Below, piece after piece: positions 42,766-52,763 of a DNA stretch of 64,000 bases. Below the pieces are notes generated by a model. That model ran no database searches, was not told where the DNA came from, and saw nothing but the letters and a program-made list of their open reading frames with translations. The DNA is from Patescibacteria group bacterium (GTDB taxonomy: Bacteria > Patescibacteriota > CPR2 > UBA1875). The DNA lies in NCBI GenBank assembly GCA_041737595.1, contig JBGSRK010000011.1, positions 66,658 through 130,657 on the forward strand, given 5' to 3'. The translations under genes were made by a program, and so were the position numbers. Position 1 is the stretch's first letter. Each line of letters opens with the position of its first letter.

Positions 42766-43780
42766 TGATTTAGAAATTACACAAACAAAGTTAGACGTAA
42801 ATTATAAACTATACCTATTTTTAAAAGAGCTAAATGGCGGTAATGGCCTCACGGAAGCAATGCTTTCATTTTTTTTAGAACTCATCAGTTCTTTTAAGGA
42901 CGCGGACTATGAAAATGCTAGAAGATTATTTATTGATAAGATTAATAATTGGCCTAAGCTGAGCGATAGTAAGAAAGAAAATATACTATCCCTATTTTAT
43001 GAGATTGATGAAGAAAACGACTTTGTGCTTTTAAAGTTTGCCTTGAAAATTCTTGCCGTGAAACCATTGTTACTTGAAGAGGCAAAATTGGCTCAAACAT
43101 CAAAACTAGTAAACACCGACGGGCTACACCTTCTTTCTCTAGAATTTGATAGAATAAGTAAAAGCAAACCATATTATACGCGAGTAAATGGAGCATTGGT
43201 TTCATTAGTATTTTTTGAGAAGATTGAAAGTGGCAAAGATGGCTTTCTTTTGGGAGTTAATGCTGATTTTACAAAATCGCTGATTGAAGAAGCAAAAACA
43301 ATTTGTAGTATGGGAGTTGAGCCTAATCAGATATTTATGATTATGTTTATGGAATGTATCAACCAATCCATAGTATCTGATGCAGGTGGTAGTTATGAGG
43401 ATAGGATTGAAGATGTTCTCGTTTCAATGGGAATACCAAGAGAAAGTATAAAGAAGATTCACGATAAAGATGATAATGCGACAGAATTTGACTTTTTCTT
43501 TGAGTTAAATGGTAAAACTATTGGAATTGGAGCTAAAAGAACTTTAAGAGAACGATATAAGCAATTTATTAAAACAGCTCAAATGTCACAGATAGACATT
43601 ATGATTGAGGTAACCCTAGGACTTGACCTGACACAAAATAAGGTTGAGGCAATCGCAAATCACGGCGTCTACCTATTTGTAGCAGATGAGATTTATAATT
43701 CACTTGAATACTTACACAAATTTGATAAGGTTTATCCCGTATCAAAGTTTACTATGGATGTTTTTAAGTCACTCAAATAA
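42755..43780 (+). CDS. hypothetical protein downstream of, and overlapping, the m5C MTase (candidate type II restriction endonuclease)
   Basis: Position only. ATG at 42755 has a GGAAGGTG RBS; the track ORF starts at 42716. Confidence 0.3.
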   Translation: MKINDLEITQTKLDVNYKLYLFLKELNGGNGLTEAMLSFFLELISSFKDADYENARRLFIDKINNWPKLSDSKKENILSLFYEIDEENDFVLLKFALKILAVKPLLLEEAKLAQTSKLVNTDGLHLLSLEFDRISKSKPYYTRVNGALVSLVFFEKIESGKDGFLLGVNADFTKSLIEEAKTICSMGVEPNQIFMIMFMECINQSIVSDAGGSYEDRIEDVLVSMGIPRESIKKIHDKDDNATEFDFFFELNGKTIGIGAKRTLRERYKQFIKTAQMSQIDIMIEVTLGLDLTQNKVEAIANHGVYLFVADEIYNSLEYLHKFDKVYPVSKFTMDVFKSLK

Positions 43781-43835
43781 TTACTTAGACAAAGGATGAA
43801 CAGCACGGTTAAAAACTGAGGTATGGGGCAAAATT

Positions 43836-44300
43836 ATGAACGATTCGATGTATTATGAGATAGCTAGGTATATAAAAACGAAAGGCTGGAAAGATTCTCC
43901 AGAATCAAATACTTTTTGCGAAGGTAAAAAGATTATTAACAACACCTGTATTTGTGTCAGTGGATGTGTCGGGAATTGTTCAACTGGTGAGCAACTCAGT
44001 GCTAAAGAAACCTTTTTGAATGTAATAGTTAACCACGATATTGAAAGTAGAGAAATCCATTCAATTACCTTTGGTGTTTTGGCTGGAAAGGATTTCGAGA
44101 ATAGGAGGGATTGTTTTCGTGTTGATTTTGATAAAAAGGGCTGGCATATTGATGCAGAAGGCTATAAGCCACATATGAAGATAAACGCTGATTTAGAAGC
44201 TGAGGACCCTAATGAATATACAAAAATAATCGACCTTATAGTGGCATATGGCCAAGGATTACCCAGAATGAATGACACTGGTTTGCAACTCGTTTATTAG
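43836..44300 (+). CDS. hypothetical Cys-containing protein
   Basis: 154-aa ORF. Confidence 0.3.
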   Translation: MNDSMYYEIARYIKTKGWKDSPESNTFCEGKKIINNTCICVSGCVGNCSTGEQLSAKETFLNVIVNHDIESREIHSITFGVLAGKDFENRRDCFRVDFDKKGWHIDAEGYKPHMKINADLEAEDPNEYTKIIDLIVAYGQGLPRMNDTGLQLVY

Positions 44301-44382
44301 CGTTAATTATAAGAGAGCTGACAATTTGGACCGCTTGAAGTAGGATTTAGCAAATAGCTTAAGGTTTTTCCCTAGGTAGAGT

Positions 44383-45495
44383 ATGATTATGCAAATAGTA
44401 TATTTCCCATATCTTAATATGCAACAAAAGGACGAATATCTTTTTAATGATGGCTATATTAAAATATGGAATTTCAAGCTAAAGGGAAAAGATTATATTA
44501 AAGATGTAGAGCTGTACAAAAAAATTAAGGCGTTAGTTTGCTCCAATATACACGGAGGAAGAGCAATTGAAGATGTTGGTATCCTAGCTATCGGCAACTG
44601 TGATTTTCGTGAGTTTAGCAAAGGCGAAATGGATACCGCCGAAGAACTGAAGTTTCTTCTTTTTATCTCACACGTATCAAACAACGCAAAACTTGGGCAG
44701 GATGTGAATGCTGGTCATTATGCATATACATCAGAAAACTTTGATTTAGTAATTCAAAACTTCAGGATGGATAACGAATACTTTGGCATTCAGGATGGCT
44801 TTATAGTAAGAATGTCAATCGGTGGCTATCAGATTGGAAAGAAAACATTCCAAACCCCTGCTTATCTCTTGAAACCAATGGGAATTTCTATGGATGAGAA
44901 CCTATTAAACTCATTGTTTGAATTGAAGAAAAAGAAACCAACGTTATATAACAGAGTTATGGAAGCTATTAAAATATTCTTTCTTAGCTACTATAATTCT
45001 CCTGCTTTAAGTCAGAACGCAAGAATACTTTTACAGGTGTCAGCATTTGAAGTTTTACTTAAAATTCCAAACAGTGAGCAAAGGAGGCATTTCAGAGAAA
45101 CAATAGAAAGACTGTGCTCTTCATCTAATGAAAAACAAGTATCTTACTGGTCGGAGGCTTATGGTAGAAAAAAAATAAGAAGAATGGGAACATTGAAGGC
45201 CCGCTGGGCTGACGGTTTTTACCTTCTAAGAAATCACATTATTCACGGAAATAAGATTAAGTCTAAAGAATATCTTTTCTGTAATAAACAAAATTATTTT
45301 GATACTTGTCTTCTGTTTTTTATATTATCTATAAAGAGACTTATAGAGAACGCATTAAAGAAACCCGTCTTTTATGATGCGATAAAATGGTCGAAGCGAA
45401 AGGATGATTTCGGCAACATTATTGAGGGCTTTATTTATGAAAATGGTACTCTACAGCTTATTGTTGAAAAGGAGCTCTCTAAGTGGGGAATGTAA
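44383..45495 (+). CDS. hypothetical protein with HEPN-like Rx4-6H motif (Abi-like?)
   Basis: 'FYLLRNHIIHGNKI' near the C-terminus; context next to DUF4238 and R-M. Confidence 0.3.
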   Translation: MIMQIVYFPYLNMQQKDEYLFNDGYIKIWNFKLKGKDYIKDVELYKKIKALVCSNIHGGRAIEDVGILAIGNCDFREFSKGEMDTAEELKFLLFISHVSNNAKLGQDVNAGHYAYTSENFDLVIQNFRMDNEYFGIQDGFIVRMSIGGYQIGKKTFQTPAYLLKPMGISMDENLLNSLFELKKKKPTLYNRVMEAIKIFFLSYYNSPALSQNARILLQVSAFEVLLKIPNSEQRRHFRETIERLCSSSNEKQVSYWSEAYGRKKIRRMGTLKARWADGFYLLRNHIIHGNKIKSKEYLFCNKQNYFDTCLLFFILSIKRLIENALKKPVFYDAIKWSKRKDDFGNIIEGFIYENGTLQLIVEKELSKWGM

Positions 45496-45527
45496 TTACA
45501 ACAAACTAACAGAGGAGAACTTGTTAT

Positions 45528-46385
45528 ATGAGAGCTAAAGCTCAGCATTATGTGCCAAGATTTTATTTAAAAAACTTTTCTAAAAAAAAGGGCTCAAAGT
45601 ACATTACTCAGTGCTATAGCAAACAAGATGGCAAGGTCTTTTCTGTAAATATTACAAAAATCTGTCAAGAAAATGGGTTCTACGACGTGAAGACGGATGA
45701 TTATCTGTTTTCAATTGAAGAAAACTTAGCTGAATTTGAGTCAAAGGTGGCTCCTGTCTATAAAAAACTCGTAGACAGCAAAAAGTTGTCTGTGTTAGAC
45801 AACGAAGGAAAGATTGCAATTGCTACCTTTGTAATTTTACAAATGCTTCGGACTCCTGAACAAAGAATATCATTTCGGCATATGGAGCAACAACTTGCTG
45901 ATAGGTTCCCTGGTTTTGAAAAGAACTTTGTGGGTGAGAGAAACAAAGAAAATTCAATTTCTCATATTACTTTTTTAAACGAAAATGTTAATGAGTTCGT
46001 GTTTATACTAATGCAACTGAAATGGGTGCTAATTTTGGCACCAGACCATTCTTTTTGGACTTCAGACAACCCCGTTTATAAACATAACGAACTTAAGTCA
46101 AAGTTCCGTGGCACTCTAGGTCTAGCGTGTAAGAGTATTCAGGTTATTCTTCCTCTGTCACACAATTTGCTGTTAATGATATTTGATGGCGATACCTACA
46201 CGAATATTAAAACTGATGAGGTTACTGCAAATTCAGAAAATATAAAACACTATAACTTTGGACAAATAGTTTGTTCGATTAGGCATATTTTCGGTGAAAA
46301 ACCGAACTTTACTCTTGCAGAAAAAATCCTTAGAGAATCTCCTGAATATATGAATCCCGATAGGATAAGAACAAAAATGTCTTAG
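45528..46385 (+). CDS. DUF4238-family protein
   Basis: N-terminal 'QHYVPRFYLKNF' resembles the DUF4238 signature. Confidence 0.45.
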   Translation: MRAKAQHYVPRFYLKNFSKKKGSKYITQCYSKQDGKVFSVNITKICQENGFYDVKTDDYLFSIEENLAEFESKVAPVYKKLVDSKKLSVLDNEGKIAIATFVILQMLRTPEQRISFRHMEQQLADRFPGFEKNFVGERNKENSISHITFLNENVNEFVFILMQLKWVLILAPDHSFWTSDNPVYKHNELKSKFRGTLGLACKSIQVILPLSHNLLLMIFDGDTYTNIKTDEVTANSENIKHYNFGQIVCSIRHIFGEKPNFTLAEKILRESPEYMNPDRIRTKMS

Positions 46386-46519
46386 CTTTTAAATTCAAAA
46401 TTAAGAGAGAATGTGTTAATATTTATATAGAAAATTGAATATTCGCCTAACCCTTGTGACTCGTCATAAGGTATGGCATAAAAATCCGTTCAAAGTATAA
46501 AGCTCTTCGTCAGAGCACT

Positions 46520-47074
46520 TTGAACGGTCGTGTCCCGAAAGGGATGTGGGTGACTTCGGTCATCGCTGGCGGGGAGCTTTTTGATACTCCGTACAAAGGA
46601 GAACTTGTGAAATCATTTTGTGTAAAATGCGATAAGCAACAGGAAATGCTGAACGTAAAAGACAAATACTACCCGAAAGTTGGAAAGCCTGGTTTTGAGG
46701 GTATATGTTTGATTTGTGGTAGGAAATTGTATAGAGTAGGTTCTGAAAAGGAAATAAAGAAAGACGATATTGAGAGTCAATATAGCAAGATAGAGGAAAT
46801 AAAGAATACTTGTATGGCTTGTAAAAATGTATGGTTTTATGGAGTAAATGAAAAGCCTAAGGAGTTAAGTATTTCAGACAAGCTTCATAATTTATCGGTG
46901 TCGTATGAGAATACAGCAAAAACTGGCTTAGCAATTACTGGATTTTTACCAGCTTTTTTACTCCCTGACAAAGAAAAAAGGAAAGCGCCAGAAAACCCAG
47001 ATAGAAGTAGGTGCCCTAAATGTGGCTCAAAAGCAATAAAGACTAAAAAGGTTGTCCATAAGTTTAAGAAATAG
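46520..47074 (+). CDS. multi-zinc-ribbon protein
   Basis: 'CVKCDKQQ', 'CLICGRK', 'CMACKNVW', 'CPKCGSK' CxxC pairs. Confidence 0.35.
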   Translation: MNGRVPKGMWVTSVIAGGELFDTPYKGELVKSFCVKCDKQQEMLNVKDKYYPKVGKPGFEGICLICGRKLYRVGSEKEIKKDDIESQYSKIEEIKNTCMACKNVWFYGVNEKPKELSISDKLHNLSVSYENTAKTGLAITGFLPAFLLPDKEKRKAPENPDRSRCPKCGSKAIKTKKVVHKFKK

Positions 47075-47260
47075 TCAATTCTAAGCTTTGCCAAGCCCAG
47101 AGTTCCGTGATAATTCCGTTCCAACTATTTTTCACGTAGTCCACCATAAATTTAATGGCTAAATAGAGCCATTATTTTTATTATGATATAATACATTTAT
47201 CAGTATAAAATATGGTTTATTGATAGTAAAAAATATTTATAAACGTAAAAAAAAGGGTCC

Positions 47261-47506
47261 ATGAAAAAAGGGTTAAAAAAGAAAATATATTTAATACTTT
47301 GGGTTGTCACAGGAATTTTATCAGGAGTTTTAGTTGCTGGGATTATCGAACTTAACTATATAAACCAAAGCGACACAACTAATTATATGTTTTTTGTTGT
47401 TTATAGTTTAATGATTCTTATCGGGGTTATGTTAGGACTTTGGGTTGGACCCAAGGCGTGGCAAAAAATATATATTGAGGGTAAAAGAGGAAAGAAATAT
47501 ATATAA
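47261..47506 (+). CDS. small membrane protein
   Basis: two TM helices. Confidence 0.3.
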   Translation: MKKGLKKKIYLILWVVTGILSGVLVAGIIELNYINQSDTTNYMFFVVYSLMILIGVMLGLWVGPKAWQKIYIEGKRGKKYI

Positions 47507-47571
47507 ATTTTCTAAAGGTTTATATAACTATAATAAAAGAGACCCATTTTAGTCCCTTTTATTAATTGTGG

Positions 47572-47772
47572 TTATTTTTTTGTACTGAAATCGCCGAACA
47601 GTTTATAAAGTAGACAAAATCCAGATAGACCAGTGAATAATGCAATTACTCCTAAAACATCTAGAATTATCCCTAGAGTGCTATTCCCTAAATAAAACCA
47701 TCCAAGCCAAATTAAAACTATTCCTAAAACAACTCGTATTCCTCTATCAACAGTGCTTTCATTTTGTTTCAT
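47572..47772 (-). CDS. DUF2892 (YgaP-like) small membrane protein
   Basis: 'DRGIRVVLGIVLIWLGWFYLG...LGVIALFTGLSGFCLLYKLFG'. Confidence 0.45.
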   Translation of the reverse strand: MKQNESTVDRGIRVVLGIVLIWLGWFYLGNSTLGIILDVLGVIALFTGLSGFCLLYKLFGDFSTKK

Positions 47773-47960
47773 AAATTCCTCCTTATAATCATTATACTCC
47801 TTTTTTAACTCTATTACGCAGTTAATAAATTTGTTAAGATATAAGCATGATAAAAGGATCGCAAATGACTATACTTGGGGGTAGGAAATCTCAGGAATTC
47901 AAAACAAAAGTTTTTAATAATATAAAAAATAAAGATAATTTATTGCAGAGAATGTAAAAT

Positions 47961-49361
47961 ATGACTTTTAATAAAATAAATGAAGAGTGTGGTGTTTTTG
48001 GAATTTTTGACCCTGGAGAAGATGTTGCGAGAGTAGCATTTTTCGCGCTTTATTCACTCCAACATAGAGGCCAAGAAAGTGCAGGGATTGCAACTTTTTG
48101 TGGTAAAAAAATAAAAATGATAAAAAGGCTTGGGCTTGTCTCACAAATTTTTGATGAAGAAAAACTAAGTTTGCTTGATGGGGATATTGCAATTGCACAT
48201 AATAGATATTCGACAACAGGTTCAGATGATGTTAAAAATGCTTCTCCATTTATTTTTGAATCAGATTTAGGTGAATTCGCAATTGCACATAATGGGAATT
48301 TGACAAATACAATTGAGCTAAAGGCGCTTCTTCCTAAAAATATCCACCTTACTTCAACAACAGATAGTGAAATCCTAGGATACTTAATTGCGAATACAAG
48401 TGGTACTACTTTTGAAGAACGAATTAAAAAAGTAATGGTAGACATAAAAGGGGCATATTCTGTTACATTACTTGCGAAAGATGTTCTTTATGCTTTTAGA
48501 GACCCTTTAGGGTTCCGTCCGCTTAGCCTTGCAAAAATAAATTCTGGTTATGCAGTTGCTTCAGAAACTTGTACTTTTGGAACAATTGGGGCAAAAAGAA
48601 TCCGTGATATTGGTCCTGGAGAAATTGTCAAAATTAATAGAGATGGTATTAAATCTTTTAAATGTCCTTCAAAAAAGAAGGCTTTTTGTATTTTTGAATT
48701 TGTATATTTTTCTCGTCCTGATTCGATTTTAAATGGTCAATCTGTTTATTCGGTACGGGAAAATCTTGGTAATTTACTTGCTAAATATCATCCAGTAAAA
48801 GCAGATATGGTCATTGGAGTCCCAGATTCTGGAATCCCTGCAGCTATTGGTTATTCGATAGAAAGTGGGATTCCATATAGAGAGGGACTGATAAAAAATC
48901 GATATATTGGGAGGACATTCATTAACCCCGACCAAATTGAAAGATTAAAAACAATAGGGCTAAAGTTGAATGCCCTAAGAAGTGTAATAACTGGTAAAGA
49001 TATAGTTTTAGTGGATGATTCTATTGTGCGCGGGAATACAATGAAAAAAATTGTTAAACTTCTTAAAGATAAGGGGGCAAAAAAAGTCCATGTTCGAATT
49101 ACTTGCCCACCAATCATGCATCCTTGTTTTTTTGGTGTCGACTTTCCGAGTTATGATGAACTGACTGCAGATTTAAACTCTATTGAAGAAATAAGGAAAA
49201 TAATTAACGCTGATACATTGGAATTTGTTTCTCTTGATAATTTAGTTAAGGCAACTAATTTATCTAAAAATGGATTTTGTCTGGCTTGTTTTGACGGTAA
49301 TTATCCTTGTGAATTAAAAAAGAATGAAAATTTAAAGCTGAAATTAGAAGAAACAAACTAA
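47961..49361 (+). CDS. purF: amidophosphoribosyltransferase
   Basis: propeptide then 'ECGVFGIF' N-terminal nucleophile Cys, 'HNRYSTTG', PRTase 'DIVLVDDSIVRGNT', C-terminal Fe-S Cys ligands. Confidence 0.85.
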   Translation: MTFNKINEECGVFGIFDPGEDVARVAFFALYSLQHRGQESAGIATFCGKKIKMIKRLGLVSQIFDEEKLSLLDGDIAIAHNRYSTTGSDDVKNASPFIFESDLGEFAIAHNGNLTNTIELKALLPKNIHLTSTTDSEILGYLIANTSGTTFEERIKKVMVDIKGAYSVTLLAKDVLYAFRDPLGFRPLSLAKINSGYAVASETCTFGTIGAKRIRDIGPGEIVKINRDGIKSFKCPSKKKAFCIFEFVYFSRPDSILNGQSVYSVRENLGNLLAKYHPVKADMVIGVPDSGIPAAIGYSIESGIPYREGLIKNRYIGRTFINPDQIERLKTIGLKLNALRSVITGKDIVLVDDSIVRGNTMKKIVKLLKDKGAKKVHVRITCPPIMHPCFFGVDFPSYDELTADLNSIEEIRKIINADTLEFVSLDNLVKATNLSKNGFCLACFDGNYPCELKKNENLKLKLEETN

Positions 49362-49365
49362 TTTT

Positions 49366-50223
49366 TTGTATGAGACCGATGAACTATTCTTTAGTATAAT
49401 AACTATTATGAGATCAAAAAAAATAGGTATATTTGATTCAGGGTTTGGTGGTTTAACTATTCTTTCGGGAATAAAAAAAATACTACCAGATTATGATTAT
49501 ATATATCTTGGCGATACTGCAAGAGCTCCTTATGGTTCACGTCCTCAAAATGAAATATATAAATTTTCTTCACAAGCTGTAGATTACTTATTTAAAGAAG
49601 GCTGTGAAATTATTATTTTTGCCTGTAATACAGCATCGGCTGAAGCACTTAGAAAAATTCAACAAGAATATCTACCGAAAAAATATCCAGAAAAAAAAGT
49701 CTTAGGAGTAATAATCCCTGCCGCAGAATGGATTTTTGAGAACTATAAACCAAAATCTATAGGTGTTATTGGAACTCAAGGTACGATTGAATCAAATTCT
49801 TTTTTTTCTGAAATTAAAAAAATAAATAATTCTGTGAATATAATTCAAAGCGCTTGCCCTCTTTTAGTTCCAATTATTGAAAATGGGGAATATAAATCTC
49901 CAAAAACTAATGTTTTATTAAAAAAATATTTAGTTGATATGATAGACAATGTAGATATCTTAATTTTAGGTTGTACTCATTACGAAATTATTATTGATGA
50001 AATTTCTAAAATTATGGGTCCACAAGTTATTATTGCCAAACAGTCGGTTATAATAGGGGATAAATTAAAAAAATATTTTGATAAACATCCTGAAATAGAA
50101 AATTTAATAAATAAAAATAATAAAATAGATATTCTAACAACTGGTAAAATAAGAGAATTTAAATTTTTTAGTGAAAATATTTTAGATTTTGAAACCAATC
50201 CTAAAAAAGTAAAAATAGGTTAA
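49366..50223 (+). CDS. murI: glutamate racemase
   Basis: 'IGIFDSGFGGLT', 'LGDTARAPYG', 'ACNTASA', 'GCTHY'; true start may be the Met at ~49408. Confidence 0.8.
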   Translation: MYETDELFFSIITIMRSKKIGIFDSGFGGLTILSGIKKILPDYDYIYLGDTARAPYGSRPQNEIYKFSSQAVDYLFKEGCEIIIFACNTASAEALRKIQQEYLPKKYPEKKVLGVIIPAAEWIFENYKPKSIGVIGTQGTIESNSFFSEIKKINNSVNIIQSACPLLVPIIENGEYKSPKTNVLLKKYLVDMIDNVDILILGCTHYEIIIDEISKIMGPQVIIAKQSVIIGDKLKKYFDKHPEIENLINKNNKIDILTTGKIREFKFFSENILDFETNPKKVKIG

Positions 50224-50232
50224 AATATAATT

Positions 50233-51117
50233 ATGAGTAATATTTATATCGGATATATATTAGCAATTATCACATCTTTAACATTTGCTGTTTATGTGAT
50301 TCCCAGAAAAATTTCTAAAATTGATTCTGTAAGGTATCTTTTGTGGTTTAGTTTAGGTCTATTATTTACTGTATTAATTTTTTATATTACTCAAGCTATA
50401 TTATTAAAAAATCCTGAAGTTATATCTTTGAAGAATTTTATATATTCTGCGCCAATGGGAGTGATGTGGGCCTTTGGTTCATATGCACTTATTAAAGGGA
50501 TAGATTCAGTTGGGATATCAAAATCAAATCAATGGAAAAATCTACAGGGTCCAATTTCTCTTATATTGAGTTTATTTTTATTAAGAGAATTAGCAGAAAT
50601 CAAAATTATTTTTGTTATTTTAGCCGGTCTTGCAATATTTGGTTCAGCTTTGGCTATAAATATTGTTACGGAAAAAAAATCAGTTAATAATTCTGGGATA
50701 CTTTATAGTTTTTTAGCAGCAATATTTTTTGGATCGGCTGCAACATACGGAAAATTTTTAGTTAATAGCAATTATTTTTTCACTCAACTTTTTAGCATAG
50801 GAATATTTTTTTTAGTAAGTGCTTTTATAATATATACTTTAAAAAAACCAAAGATAAAAGGAACTCAAAAAGAAATATATCTACCTATTTTAGGTGGATT
50901 TTTGTTTGCCATATCTGCTCTAATGATGTTTCTGACTTATAAATATTTACCAGCATCTATCGGGTATACTATTATTCAATTAAATGCTTTATGGGTGGTT
51001 CTTGCTGGTATAATAATTTTTAAAGAAATAGATTACAAAAAAAATATGCTTAGAATAAATATTGGTTTATTTTTGGCTATATTTTCTGTTGTTACTTTAT
51101 TTTTTGCAAATAAATAA
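50233..51117 (+). CDS. EamA/DMT-superfamily transporter
   Basis: ~10 TM helices in two repeats. Confidence 0.5.
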   Translation: MSNIYIGYILAIITSLTFAVYVIPRKISKIDSVRYLLWFSLGLLFTVLIFYITQAILLKNPEVISLKNFIYSAPMGVMWAFGSYALIKGIDSVGISKSNQWKNLQGPISLILSLFLLRELAEIKIIFVILAGLAIFGSALAINIVTEKKSVNNSGILYSFLAAIFFGSAATYGKFLVNSNYFFTQLFSIGIFFLVSAFIIYTLKKPKIKGTQKEIYLPILGGFLFAISALMMFLTYKYLPASIGYTIIQLNALWVVLAGIIIFKEIDYKKNMLRINIGLFLAIFSVVTLFFANK

Positions 51118-51122
51118 AAAAA

Positions 51123-52487
51123 CTATTTAAAATATTTTTTTACTAATTTATTAAACTGAGCACCACGATCAAACTCATTTTTAAATTTTTCAAAACTAGA
51201 ACCTCCTGGGGAAAATATTATTGTACCTTTATATTTTAATTGAGCAACAACCTTAATGATATCTTCTAAATTTTTGTAAGGGACTGAATCAATTTTCATT
51301 TCTTTTAAAAGTTTAGTAGTAGCACTCCCTTCTAAAAAGAATGTTTTTTCTGGTTTTAAATTATTCTTAATCGATTTAGCTATTTTAGTAAAATCCAAAT
51401 TTTTATCAGTACCACCTGTGATTAAAATTACATTATCATTTTTGTACTTTTCAATGGCAGCCATAGTTGCTTCTGGCATTGTGCTTGTTGAATCGTTAAT
51501 AATTTTTAGACTGTTTTTTATATAGATAACCTGTTGCCTGAAAACTGGATTTTCTAATTCTTTAATTTTTCCAAATATTTTATTCCAACTTATACCATAT
51601 AGATATGAAGCAAGTGCAGCAAACATAAAATTTGTTTTTTCGTGTGGAGCAAAATTTGGGAGTTCTCCAATTTTTTTAGTGGTCTTACCTTTTTTAAAAT
51701 AAACTTTGTTTTTTTTTGTAAATAGCCCATCTTTATTTTTAGGTAGCTCTTTCAAAGAAATGTACAATAATTGACTTTTTGGTTTGTCTTTTTCAATATC
51801 TTTTCTAATATTTTCATCATTACTAATAATTAAATAATCACTTTCTTTTTGATTTGCATAAATTAGTTTTTTTATCCTTGAATATCTTTTAATTGTCTTA
51901 TATCTGTTTAAATGATCGCTATAGATATTAGTTAAAATTGCAATATTAGGTGAACGATCTTTTTTGGAGATATGTTCTAGTTGGAATGAGGATAGTTCTA
52001 AAACAAAAGTATTTGTTTTTTTATCTTGAATCTTAAAAAGAGCTGCTTCTTGGACATTACCTCCTAAAATAGCATCATCAATAAGTTTTTTTGTCCAAGT
52101 AGAAACCGTTGTTTTCCCTCTTGTCCCTGTTATCCCAATAATTTTTACGGTTGGATTTTTTTTCTCTATATTTTTTAAGAAAAAAGTGTAGTCACTATAA
52201 TACTCTTTTTTCAGTTCTTTTAATCTTTTAACAAGTGGTGAAAAATTTGAAACAGCAGGGTTAAGTATTACGATATCAGCCTTTTTAATGTCTGAAATTC
52301 TATTTTTACCAAGAATATAAGTAATATTTTTTGGTAGTTTATCTATCATTGGCTGTAGTAAATCTTTGTTACGTAGGTCAGTGATAGTTAGTATGGCACC
52401 TTTTTTAATTAGATATTTAGCCATTGCTAAACCACCGCCAATTATCCCGAGTCCAATTAATAATACTTTTTTGTTTTTTAATTCCAT
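51123..52487 (-). CDS. murD: UDP-N-acetylmuramoylalanine--D-glutamate ligase
   Basis: N-terminal Rossmann 'KKVLLIGLGIIGGGLAMAKYL', Mur ligase P-loop 'GITGTRGKTTV'. Confidence 0.7.
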   Translation of the reverse strand: MELKNKKVLLIGLGIIGGGLAMAKYLIKKGAILTITDLRNKDLLQPMIDKLPKNITYILGKNRISDIKKADIVILNPAVSNFSPLVKRLKELKKEYYSDYTFFLKNIEKKNPTVKIIGITGTRGKTTVSTWTKKLIDDAILGGNVQEAALFKIQDKKTNTFVLELSSFQLEHISKKDRSPNIAILTNIYSDHLNRYKTIKRYSRIKKLIYANQKESDYLIISNDENIRKDIEKDKPKSQLLYISLKELPKNKDGLFTKKNKVYFKKGKTTKKIGELPNFAPHEKTNFMFAALASYLYGISWNKIFGKIKELENPVFRQQVIYIKNSLKIINDSTSTMPEATMAAIEKYKNDNVILITGGTDKNLDFTKIAKSIKNNLKPEKTFFLEGSATTKLLKEMKIDSVPYKNLEDIIKVVAQLKYKGTIIFSPGGSSFEKFKNEFDRGAQFNKLVKKYFK

Positions 52488-52543
52488 GATCTTTATAATT
52501 TTACCTTACTTTATATTTTTCTCAATCAGATTTATAATAAGGT

Positions 52544-52762
52544 ATGAGAAAATTATTACAGTTTATAATATCAGTTGTATTTTTATTCTCATTAGTTTGG
52601 AATTTTATTAATATAGACTCAAAGTCTCATTCGGTTTCAGATACTTTGATAGGTTTTATACCATTAATGGCTTTAATTGCTATAATATATTTATTGGCTT
52701 TTATTATTATAAATGATCTAGATTTAATTTTTTCAAAAGATCGTAAATTTAAAAGGAGATAG
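52544..52762 (+). CDS. small membrane protein
   Basis: 72 aa, two TM. Confidence 0.3.
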   Translation: MRKLLQFIISVVFLFSLVWNFINIDSKSHSVSDTLIGFIPLMALIAIIYLLAFIIINDLDLIFSKDRKFKRR

Positions 52763-52763
52763 G

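Larger units (their letters stand above)
22405..47148. mobile_element. integrated (decaying conjugative-type) element inserted at the 3' end of tRNA-Ala; possibly two tandem modules
   Basis: Serine recombinase abuts the tRNA. GC is ~40-45% versus ~30% in flanking genes. Cargo includes a VirD4-like ATPase, replication-relaxation-like protein, VirB4 fragment, M23 peptidase, R-M system, DGR and a second recombinase. 'gtccaccata' at 22405-22414 recurs at 47139-47148. Confidence 0.45.

Noticed and set aside
47100-47170. Treating 'gtccaccata' at 47139 as a definitive attR
   Set aside because: It is only a 10-bp match with poor flanking similarity. It is kept as a tentative boundary marker in the findings, not as a called att site.
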